Origin: Gammaproteobacteria bacterium
GTDB lineage: Bacteria; Pseudomonadota; Gammaproteobacteria; Eutrophobiales; Eutrophobiaceae
Assembly (NCBI GenBank): GCA_963923955.1
Contig: OZ000552.1
Coordinates: forward strand, 1,914,150 to 1,978,149
Length of the DNA: 64,000 nucleotides
Direction: 5' to 3'
In this document: piece after piece, positions 1 to 7,843 of the stretch
How the letters are laid out: each line of letters begins with the position of its first letter
Position numbering within the stretch: the first letter of the stretch is position 1
Program-made: the position numbers and the translations under genes
The notes under the pieces: model-generated
What the model was told of the DNA's origin: nothing
Database searches by the model: none
The model's input: only the letters and a program-made list of their open reading frames with translations

Positions 1-301
1 GGCGCCTGGATGGATCAGCGAGATAGGCGCGGAAATAGACCAGCCTGCCGATAATAAAGACAAGGCCGATGGCAGCGGCTGCGATTGCGTTGACATAGAC
101 AGCAAAGATATAAATCGCCGGAATGAACACGATGAGTTGTTCGATGGTATTTTGCTGCACCCGAAAACAACGCTCAAAGCTCTCATCACCGCTGACCGCC
201 GGTGCCTTAAGGCCAGCCTCTGCCCGTGCCTTGCCGGTGCGCACCATAAAGAAAATATATTCCAACAGGGCCAGAGAGACTACCAAGGCTACATATTGCA
301 T
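1..301 (-). CDS. MAPEG-family membrane protein (microsomal glutathione S-transferase-like); C-terminal end lies outside the window
   Basis: It is absent from the ORF track because it has no in-window stop. Reverse-strand translation from the ATG at 301-299 reads MQYVALVVSLALLEYIFFMVRTGKARAEAGLKAPAVSGDESFERCFRVQQNTIEQLIVFIPAIYIF...GRLVYFRAYLADPSRR, open to position 1. The APA..G...FER..RVQ.NT.E and GR..Y..AY patterns fit MAPEG proteins. GAGAGGAAG lies just upstream of the ATG. Confidence 0.6.
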   Translation of the reverse strand, partial: MQYVALVVSLALLEYIFFMVRTGKARAEAGLKAPAVSGDESFERCFRVQQNTIEQLIVFIPAIYIFAVYVNAIAAAAIGLVFIIGRLVYFRAYLADPSRR

Positions 302-438
302 CGTTGTCTTCCTCTCATTAGACTGAGATGAATAATCTTCGCAGAAAATTATAGCGCAATTCGGGCGGGAATTATATCCGGCACCGGGCCTGATTGCCAT
401 GAAGAGAGCTTTATTGGCCTTTGTTGGCCATTAAATAC

Positions 439-460
439 GCGGCCTGCCGGAATAGGCCGC
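439..460 (-). terminator. Putative hairpin terminator downstream of rnd
   Basis: The inverted repeat GCGGCCT-N8-AGGCCGC sits directly after the rnd stop on the minus strand. Only a weak U-tract (GUAUUUAAU) follows it. Confidence 0.35.
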
Positions 461-465
461 CGACA

Positions 466-1314
466 TTACTTATGCTCCGCTATCGATGCTAACAAGACAG
501 CACCATAGCTACGCAACACGCGCCCGCTCATATCCTTCACTCTAGATAAATCATCGAGACTCTCCGGCAAGGTACGCGCCATTTCTATCAGGCTATGGTC
601 AGGCAATAACCATCTGCGCGGCCGGTTTTCTTTGCGCGCCGTCAGCTCGCGCCAGGCGGCCAGTTGTTTCAAGACCCGTAATGAGCTGCCTTTAAGATGC
701 CGGGCGGCCTTGATCTTCTTCCACATGCACATGGGATCAGGCGCATAGAGTCCCGGCTCTGCCAGGGCCTGAGAGCTTTCATTGAGCTGCGGCAGTTGTC
801 CGGATTCATCTAAGCTGGAACGCAGGATTTCATAGAGCTTGACCAGATAAACGACATCATCGGCCGCATACTCCAGCTGCCGCTTACTCAAGGGCCGGCG
901 CTTCCAGTTGGTGCGCGTCTGTGATTTCTCAAGCTCAACATTCAAGAGCGCCCTGACCAGAGCAGCATAGGCGATCTGCTCATTATGGCCCAGCATGGCC
1001 GCGGCAAGCTGGGTATCAAACAGGGGCAATGGCACGCGCCCCTTGCTATGAAAGAATAATTCCAGGTCCTGGCGGGCCGAATGAAATACCTTGGTAATCG
1101 ATGAAGCATAGAGCAGGCCATACAGGGCATCCAGATTGTCAATCGCCAGCGGATCGATCAATACCGTCCTCTCCTTATTCGCAAGCTGCACCAGGCATAA
1201 TTCAGGATAGTACGTTTTCGTCCTCGCAAACTCGGTATCGATCGCCAGCCAGGAACAGCCCCGCAAATCCCTGCATAACTGCGTCAGGGCCGCCTCGTTA
1301 TCAATAAATTCCAA
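466..1314 (-). CDS. rnd: Ribonuclease D (short form, DEDD exonuclease plus one HRDC-like region)
   Basis: 282-aa ORF with 3'-5' exonuclease motifs LAIDTEF, HSARQDLE and YAADDVVYL. An HRDC-like segment follows (LKQLAAWRELTARKENRPRRWLL). Confidence 0.8.
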   Translation of the reverse strand: MEFIDNEAALTQLCRDLRGCSWLAIDTEFARTKTYYPELCLVQLANKERTVLIDPLAIDNLDALYGLLYASSITKVFHSARQDLELFFHSKGRVPLPLFDTQLAAAMLGHNEQIAYAALVRALLNVELEKSQTRTNWKRRPLSKRQLEYAADDVVYLVKLYEILRSSLDESGQLPQLNESSQALAEPGLYAPDPMCMWKKIKAARHLKGSSLRVLKQLAAWRELTARKENRPRRWLLPDHSLIEMARTLPESLDDLSRVKDMSGRVLRSYGAVLLASIAEHK

Positions 1315-1334
1315 TGGCCTTCCTGCTCGTGATG

Positions 1335-2648
1335 CTATATGATCTTCACCAACAAGGCCGCCAGGAAACCGGCCAGCGTTGACAGCCCGACCACCGAGCC
1401 GCCCATCTCAAAGGCCTCCGGCAACATGGTCTCGGCGATCATCGTCAGCATCGCACCGGCGGCCAGGGCCTCAATCCCCACCATAAAATAATACAGGCCG
1501 CCGGTCGGATTCGGCGGGAAAATGACTGCACCTAAGGCCGCACCCAGGCCGGTCACCAGCGTAATCGAACCCCACATGAGATAGACCCGGGTCAGGCTCA
1601 AGCCATGGTCGTGCATGCTGACAGAGCTGGACATGGCCTCCGGCATGTTTGCCAAAAACACCCCGACGATAAAGGCGATACTGACCCCGGAGGGACTCAC
1701 CGCCAGCATACCGATGACCAGCGACTCAGGAATGCAATCGATAAAGATCCCCAGCCAGATCGCCAGCGCCGCATTGCCGCTGGAGCGGGTGTGGCCTTCC
1801 TGCTTTATGTCATCACGCGTAACCGCCACCTGCTCTGCGGCAAGGACATCAAAGGCCTCATCGCGCCAGCCGCTATCGAGCGGCGAATTCGTATTCAAGG
1901 CCAGATCATCCAGACGTGCGCCGGCAAGCGCCAGCACCTTTTGTTGCACCGAGCGATCTTCGGTAAGCAGCTTCGCAAAATCACTGCGCGAGATGTGATA
2001 GAGCTTGACCGGGCCCTTTGCAATGGCATCAGCCGTGCGCGGATGATCGCTTAAGATCCCCATCTCACCAAAACTGTCATACTGCTCCAGACAGGCCAAC
2101 CTCTTGTCGCGCTCATTTTCATGGTGAATAATATCCACCTTGCCCTCGACGATAAAAAACATCTCATCGGCCTCCTCCCCCTGACGACAGATATAGCTGC
2201 CGTCCTCATGCGTCTTTAACTCGACTTCGTGAATCAGGCCGACCATCAATTCGGGCTCCAGCTCGTTTAATATCTTAATCTGGCTCAGCTTCTCGATGAG
2301 CTTTTCAGAGCGTTTGCGTTTGACCCGCTCCAAGAAGGCACGCGCACTGGAGAAACGGCGCATGAAGGCGCCATAGTTATTAAGAATGCCGTTTAGGCCG
2401 GAGAAGATAAGACCGCCCAGTATGGCACCGGCAAACACCACCCAGATCACTGCTCGGCCGTGCGCTTCAACATGATGCGGCACATGGCCAAACAACTCGA
2501 TAGTCAGCACAAACAGCAGCGCACCGCCACCAAAGGCCATAAAAATGGAATTCATCTTGCGCCCCGGTCTTAACCACATACCGAGAAAGGCCCCTATCGG
2601 CAGGGCAATGGCACTGATAACCCCCCAGAAAAATGCATTAGCAGCCAT
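1335..2648 (-). CDS. ZIP (ZupT-like) metal transporter with an inserted cyclic-nucleotide-binding domain
   Basis: 437-aa ORF with N-terminal TM helices. The central cNMP-binding fold has the phosphate-binding cassette FGEMGIL..RTADAIA. The C-terminal helices are ZIP-type (DCIPESLVIG, ANMPEAM, ETMLPEAFE). Confidence 0.7.
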   Translation of the reverse strand: MAANAFFWGVISAIALPIGAFLGMWLRPGRKMNSIFMAFGGGALLFVLTIELFGHVPHHVEAHGRAVIWVVFAGAILGGLIFSGLNGILNNYGAFMRRFSSARAFLERVKRKRSEKLIEKLSQIKILNELEPELMVGLIHEVELKTHEDGSYICRQGEEADEMFFIVEGKVDIIHHENERDKRLACLEQYDSFGEMGILSDHPRTADAIAKGPVKLYHISRSDFAKLLTEDRSVQQKVLALAGARLDDLALNTNSPLDSGWRDEAFDVLAAEQVAVTRDDIKQEGHTRSSGNAALAIWLGIFIDCIPESLVIGMLAVSPSGVSIAFIVGVFLANMPEAMSSSVSMHDHGLSLTRVYLMWGSITLVTGLGAALGAVIFPPNPTGGLYYFMVGIEALAAGAMLTMIAETMLPEAFEMGGSVVGLSTLAGFLAALLVKII

Positions 2649-2845
2649 AGTTTTAATCGCAGCCCATTATGAGTCCGGTATGTCGTCCGGATATGGCAGA
2701 GCACCGCCGCATAAGAGTACAACGATATAGCTGCTGTGTCTTTAAGAGTTTAACGGCATCAAACCGGGAACATTCCTTAGCCCCGGTGCTTTCCTAAAAC
2801 GTCTTGCCGACGCTACAATGCCGAAGGCTTCCTGAGACATCTAAA

Positions 2846-5800
2846 ATGAATAATAAATTTTTCCACCAGCCCATCTTGAACTCGCCTTATGAATATCCGG
2901 CCCGGCATTGGGCTTTGGATGAGGACGGCTTGCCGATGCAGATTATTAAGGAGCAGCGGCGCAAGGCCGCGTTCATCACGCCGGTGCCGGGGCCGAGGCA
3001 GCGCGGACAACAGCGCCAAGCGAACATGACCCTGGACAGCGGCGATGGCTTATCCACCGGCGAGCAGGAATATAGCCAGATGCCCATCATCAACGAGCTG
3101 CGCCGGCATGTGGATGACTGGCGCCGGTTGCCCAATGTGTGCGACTGGCAGGTTACGTCGGAAACAGCCATGTTGCTCACGCACTGGCGGCATCACGCCT
3201 TCCACGACATCCGTCCGTTTTTCTGCCAGGTGGAGGCCGCCGAAGTGGTCATCTGGCTAACGGAAGTCGCGCCCAAGATAGGCAAACGCGGCAAGCGCTT
3301 TCTTGAACACCTGCATGCCGCGAATGCTGCGGCCAGCGATGCGACTGAACAGGCGCCGCCGGCCCTGCCGCGCCTGGCCTTGAAACTGGCCACCGGCGCC
3401 GGCAAGACCACTGTGATGGCCATGCTGATTGCCTGGCAGGCGATCAACGCCGCGCGCCAACCGAACAGCCGACGCTTTACCAAAGGCTTTCTGATCGTAA
3501 CCCCAGGCATCACCATCAAAGACCGCCTGCGGGTGCTGCAACCCAATGATCCTGGTAGTTACTATCAAAGCCGCGAACTTGTCCCGAACAACATGCTGCA
3601 CGCGCTGCAAGAGGCCCGCATCGTCATCACCAACTACCACGCCTTCAAGCGCCGCGAGCGCCTGGATATTTCCAAAGGCGGCCGCGCCCTGCTGCAAGGC
3701 AAGGGCGGCGCGCCGCCCGCCACGCTGGAGAGCGACGGCCAGATGCTCCAGCGCGTCATCCCCGAGTTGCTGGGCCTGCAGCAGATCATGGTGCTGAACG
3801 ATGAGGCGCATCATTGCTATCGGGAAAAGCCGGGCAACAGCGCCGAGGGCCGGCTCAAGGGCGATGACAAGGCTGCTGCGGCCAGCAACAACGAGGCCGC
3901 CCGCCTGTGGCTATCAGGGCTGGAGGCCATCGCCGCCAAGCTGGACATCGCCCGTGTGCTGGATCTCTCGGCCACGCCGTTTTTTCTGCGCGGCGCCGGC
4001 TATCCCGAGAACACGCTGTTCCCCTGGACGATGAGCGATTTCTCGCTCATGGATGCGATTGAATGCGGCATCGTCAAGCTGCCGCGCGTGCCGGTGGCGG
4101 ACAACATCCCCGGCGATTCGCCCATGTACCGCCAGCTGTGGGCGCACATCGCTGAGGCGATGCCACGCAAGGGCCGGCGCAAGGCCGGCAAGCTGGACCC
4201 GCAGCAGTTGCCGGCGGCGCTGCAGACCGCCCTGGCCGCGCTCTATGGCCATTATGAGCAGACCTCTGCGCTGTGGCAAAAGGCGGGCAAGGCCGCGCCG
4301 CCTTGTTTCATCATCGTCTGCAACAACACCGCCAGCTCCAAGCTGGTGTATGACTACATCGCCGGTTTTCAGCGTGAAAACGCAGACGGCTCGACCACGC
4401 TGGTGCCGGGGCGGCTGGAACTGTTTCGTAACTTCGATGAGCAAGGCCGACGGCTGGCGCGCCCGCATACTTTATTGATCGACAGCGAGCAGTTGGAATC
4501 CGGCGAGGCGCTGGATAAAAACTTCCGCCAACTGGCGGCGACGGCGATCGAGCAGTTCCAGCAAGACCGAGCGCGGCGCGGCATACAGGGCGAGCTGGGC
4601 GATGCCGAGCTCTTGCGCGAGGTGATGAACACGGTCGGCCGACCGGGCGCCTTAGGCGGCAGCATTCGCTGCGTGGTCTCGGTCGCCATGCTGACCGAGG
4701 GCTGGGATGCCAACACGGTCACGCACATCCTCGGTGTGCGCGCCTTTGGCACGCAGCTGTTGTGCGAGCAGGTGGTCGGGCGGGCGCTGCGCCGACAATC
4801 CTATGCCCTGAACGAGGCCGGCCTGTTTGATGTGGAATACGCCGATGTGCTGGGCATTCCCTTTGACTTCACCGCCGAGCCGGTGGTGGCGCCGGCCAAA
4901 CCACCGCCCGACACCGTGCAGGTCAAGGCCATGCGCCCGGAACGAGATGCCTTAGAGATTCGCTTCCCGCGCGTGGTCGGCTATCGCACCGAGCCGCCGG
5001 CGGATAAGCTCACCGCCACCTTCAATGCCGATCATCGCTTTGAACTAACGCCCGATCTCGTTGGCGCCACCGAGACCCTTAATGAGGGCCTCATCGGGGA
5101 AGCGATCGATCTGACCCTCGCCCACTTGGATAAAGTGCGCCGCGCCACCGTGCTGTTTGAACTCACTCGGCGCCTGCTGCTGAACCATTACCGGGACGCA
5201 GACGGCGCGCCGAAGCTGTATCTTTTCGGGCAGCTAAAACGCATCACGCGGCAATGGCTGGATGGCTATCTCGTTTGCAAGGGCGGTACGCATCCGGCGC
5301 AGCTGATGTATCAGGCGCTGGCCGATATGGCTTGCGAGCGCATCACCGCCGCCATCACGCAGGCGCAACAGGGCCAGGCGCGCCCCGTCAAGGCCATGCT
5401 GGATGCCTATAACCCGAGCGGCTCCACCGCCCATGTCAACTTCACCAGCTCCAAGCCGACGCGCTGGGCGGCGGCTGCGCACAAATGCCACCTGAACTGG
5501 ATCATTTGTGACGGCAACTGGGAGGCCGAGTTTTGCCGCGTGGCCGAGGCACACGAGCGCGTGCTTGCCTATGTCAAAAATCACGGCCTGGGGCTGGAAG
5601 TGCCGTATCGTTATCAAAACCAGGTGCACCGCTACCGGCCGGACTTCATCGTGCAGATTGATGACGGCCAGGGCCGGGCTGATCCGCTGAATTTGATCGT
5701 AGAGATCAAGGGCCGGCGCAATGAGCAGGACAAGGACAAGAAACTGGCGATAGAGGAGTACTGGATCCCGGGCGTGAACAACTTAGGCGGCCACGGCCGC

Positions 5801-5914
5801 TGGGCCTTCGCCGAGTTCACCGATGTCTATCAGATGCAGCAGGATTTTGGGGATAGGGTGGAAATTGAATTTGGTAAAATGGTGCGTAATGCAATGACAG
5901 GAGACAAGCAATGA
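2846..5914 (+). CDS. res: Type III-like restriction enzyme Res subunit (SF2 helicase plus PD-(D/E)xK nuclease)
   Basis: The ORF-track ORF opens at 2804. I chose the ATG at 2846, which gives MNNKFFHQPILNSPYEYPARHW. Motifs are Walker A ATGAGKTTVMA, DEAH-like box VLNDEAHHCY, and a C-terminal nuclease-like RPDFIV...LIVEIKGRR. Confidence 0.8.
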   Translation: MNNKFFHQPILNSPYEYPARHWALDEDGLPMQIIKEQRRKAAFITPVPGPRQRGQQRQANMTLDSGDGLSTGEQEYSQMPIINELRRHVDDWRRLPNVCDWQVTSETAMLLTHWRHHAFHDIRPFFCQVEAAEVVIWLTEVAPKIGKRGKRFLEHLHAANAAASDATEQAPPALPRLALKLATGAGKTTVMAMLIAWQAINAARQPNSRRFTKGFLIVTPGITIKDRLRVLQPNDPGSYYQSRELVPNNMLHALQEARIVITNYHAFKRRERLDISKGGRALLQGKGGAPPATLESDGQMLQRVIPELLGLQQIMVLNDEAHHCYREKPGNSAEGRLKGDDKAAAASNNEAARLWLSGLEAIAAKLDIARVLDLSATPFFLRGAGYPENTLFPWTMSDFSLMDAIECGIVKLPRVPVADNIPGDSPMYRQLWAHIAEAMPRKGRRKAGKLDPQQLPAALQTALAALYGHYEQTSALWQKAGKAAPPCFIIVCNNTASSKLVYDYIAGFQRENADGSTTLVPGRLELFRNFDEQGRRLARPHTLLIDSEQLESGEALDKNFRQLAATAIEQFQQDRARRGIQGELGDAELLREVMNTVGRPGALGGSIRCVVSVAMLTEGWDANTVTHILGVRAFGTQLLCEQVVGRALRRQSYALNEAGLFDVEYADVLGIPFDFTAEPVVAPAKPPPDTVQVKAMRPERDALEIRFPRVVGYRTEPPADKLTATFNADHRFELTPDLVGATETLNEGLIGEAIDLTLAHLDKVRRATVLFELTRRLLLNHYRDADGAPKLYLFGQLKRITRQWLDGYLVCKGGTHPAQLMYQALADMACERITAAITQAQQGQARPVKAMLDAYNPSGSTAHVNFTSSKPTRWAAAAHKCHLNWIICDGNWEAEFCRVAEAHERVLAYVKNHGLGLEVPYRYQNQVHRYRPDFIVQIDDGQGRADPLNLIVEIKGRRNEQDKDKKLAIEEYWIPGVNNLGGHGRWAFAEFTDVYQMQQDFGDRVEIEFGKMVRNAMTGDKQ

Positions 5915-6981
5915 AGGCAATACTGGTAAAATCAGAACAAGACGAGGCAGCGATTAAGGGCTTGACAGGCAAATCGATCCCTTCCTACCGGCAGGCATAC
6001 AGCGATAGAACCGCCTGGCTTATGGCCTGTATGTCGGAGTTGGCGTATTTACGCTTTAACCCTCTGTTGCCGAATAAGCAAAAGGGCGAACTGCTTAGCG
6101 CAGTGGCCGAGGTGATCAGCGAGGACAGTAAAAAATCACTGCTGACCCTGGTGAATAAATTCGACTATGACCATGAGGCGGAAAAGCAGGCGCTGGAAAA
6201 GGAATTGGGTTATCTGGATTATGAGCTTGTCAAGACCTTTGATCATGAAGGTACGCAGGCCATTCTGGTGGCGAATGAAAAATATGTAATCCTGGCCTTC
6301 CGGGGAACAGAGGCCACCAGCATGAAAGACATCAAGGCGGATGCCAAAGCCATGCAGCAGGCCTGCGAGAGCGGCGGGAAAATCCACGGTGGCTTCCAAG
6401 ATGCGTATGAGCAGGTGGCACGGGATATTGAAACGGCGCTTGCTGATGAGGCGCTAACGTCCAAACCCTTGTTTATCACTGGCCACAGCCTTGGCGGGGC
6501 GCTGGCCACGATTGCGGCAAAGAAAATAACCCACAAAGGCGGCAACGCCGGCTGCTATACCTTCGGTGCGCCACGGGTCGGCGATGAGGAGTGGATTTCC
6601 AACATAAAGACGCCTTTGCACCGGGTAGTAAATGCCGCTGACTGCGTGACCATGCTGCCGCCGGGCGATGAAATAATCGGGATTTTCGCATGGCTATGCG
6701 GCTGGATCCCGAACGTGGGAGAGCAGATCAGAGCGTTTATGCTGTCAAAATTTGGCGGCTATCTGCACGGTGGCAACATGCGCTATCTAACGAATTGTAA
6801 CAAGAATGCCTATGCGGATGTGAAATTGCTGTATTCGGTTGGCTGGGTTTATAGAATGAAGATGATTGTTATGAAAAAACTCCCCTGGAAAAAGATGCTC
6901 ACCGATCACTCCATCAGCGTGTACAGAAAAAAGTTGATGGTGGTCGCGCAACGAAGGAACAAACAGGACGAGAGTGGATAA
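5911..6981 (+). CDS. Class-3 (Lipase_3) alpha/beta-hydrolase lipase, no signal peptide
   Basis: 356-aa ORF with ILAFRGTE, HGGF, the nucleophile elbow GHSLGGA, FGAPRVG, VVNAADCV (Asp) and TDHSISVY (His). The N-terminus MKAILVKSEQDEAAIKG is hydrophilic. AGGAG lies 7 nt upstream of the ATG. The ATG overlaps the res stop (ATGA at 5911-5914). Confidence 0.8.
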   Translation: MKAILVKSEQDEAAIKGLTGKSIPSYRQAYSDRTAWLMACMSELAYLRFNPLLPNKQKGELLSAVAEVISEDSKKSLLTLVNKFDYDHEAEKQALEKELGYLDYELVKTFDHEGTQAILVANEKYVILAFRGTEATSMKDIKADAKAMQQACESGGKIHGGFQDAYEQVARDIETALADEALTSKPLFITGHSLGGALATIAAKKITHKGGNAGCYTFGAPRVGDEEWISNIKTPLHRVVNAADCVTMLPPGDEIIGIFAWLCGWIPNVGEQIRAFMLSKFGGYLHGGNMRYLTNCNKNAYADVKLLYSVGWVYRMKMIVMKKLPWKKMLTDHSISVYRKKLMVVAQRRNKQDESG

Positions 6982-7070
6982 ACGGAGCTGTAGTGCGGCG
7001 ACGAACAGCAGGACTTTGCGGATAAAATTGAACCTGATCAGATACCGGAAACGACAACAGAAAAGAAACC

Positions 7071-7843
7071 ATGCAAAAACTGGAATCTGCCAGCATAGGA
7101 ACAGCCATTATCGAGTTGCGCGGTCAGCGAGTCATTCTGGCCGCCGATCTTGCTGCCTTCTACGGAATTGAAACCAAGCGTCTTAATGAAGCGGTAAAGC
7201 GCAACCGACGTAAATTCGAACAATATGCTTTTCAATTAAGAAAAAAGAATGGAATGCTTTGAAGTCGCAAATTGCGACCTCAAACGGCGGCCGGGGAGGA
7301 ACCCGTTATCCACCCTGGACATTTACCGAGCATGGCATAGTGATGGTGGCGACCGTACTCAACACAGAAACGGCAATCAAAGCCAGCCGTCTAATCGTGG
7401 AAGTATTCATCGCCCAGCGTCACAGGATGCAGCAAGGCGATGGCCTGGTGTTGCCCGTTGAGTCACATCGAGATCACACTGATCGGGCAAGTAAAATACA
7501 GCAGATTATTGATCATGTACTGGACTCCATAATTGATCCCGGGCGCCAAGCCACTGTACAGCAAGAGGCACAAGAGATTATTGGCGAGTCTTTGCAATAC
7601 ATTAAGGATCATCTGCAAAAACAGGGCTATCAAAATCACGAACTCGCCGCCAGGGCGAGTAAATACCTGGCCGAGGCGGAAAAAGCCAGGGCTGATGCCG
7701 CCAAGACACGCACCGAAACCGAATCTCTGGAATTTACCGTTTTGATGAAAAAACTGCGCCTGGTACTGGAGGCGCAACGATTGATTGACACCGGCAATGA
7801 CCAGCAATTCTTGAAACTGCTGGCTGAACTGACACCAGAATGA
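7071..7843 (+). pseudogene. ORF6N (KilA-N-like) DNA-binding domain protein; reading frame split at 7241-7247
   Basis: ORF 7071-7262 reads IIELRGQRVILAADLAAFYGIETKRLNEAVKRNRRKF..FQLRKK. ORF 7259-7843 reads (KKEWNAL)KSQIATSNGG..YPPWTFTEHGIVMVATVLNTETAIKASRLIVEVF. Together they reconstitute one ORF6N domain plus a coiled-coil tail. One extra A in the A6 run, or a -1 shift, restores the frame. Confidence 0.75.

Noticed and set aside
123-331. Plus-strand ORFs 123-326 and 137-331 at the left edge
   Set aside because: They are antisense to the MAPEG-family gene, which reads cleanly on the minus strand. They show no motif or RBS support.
3257-3814. Long antisense or out-of-frame ORFs inside well-supported genes. 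Examples are 3257-3814(-), 3914-4468(-), 9292-9816(-), 21525-22205(-), 34060-34740(-), 42293-42901(-), 49429-50301(+), 50724-51596(+) and 59008-59544(-).
   Set aside because: They overlap genes with clear family motifs on the other strand or frame. Their translations are Arg/Ala/Gly/Pro-rich with no recognisable motifs. This is the usual shadow-ORF behaviour of GC-rich DNA.
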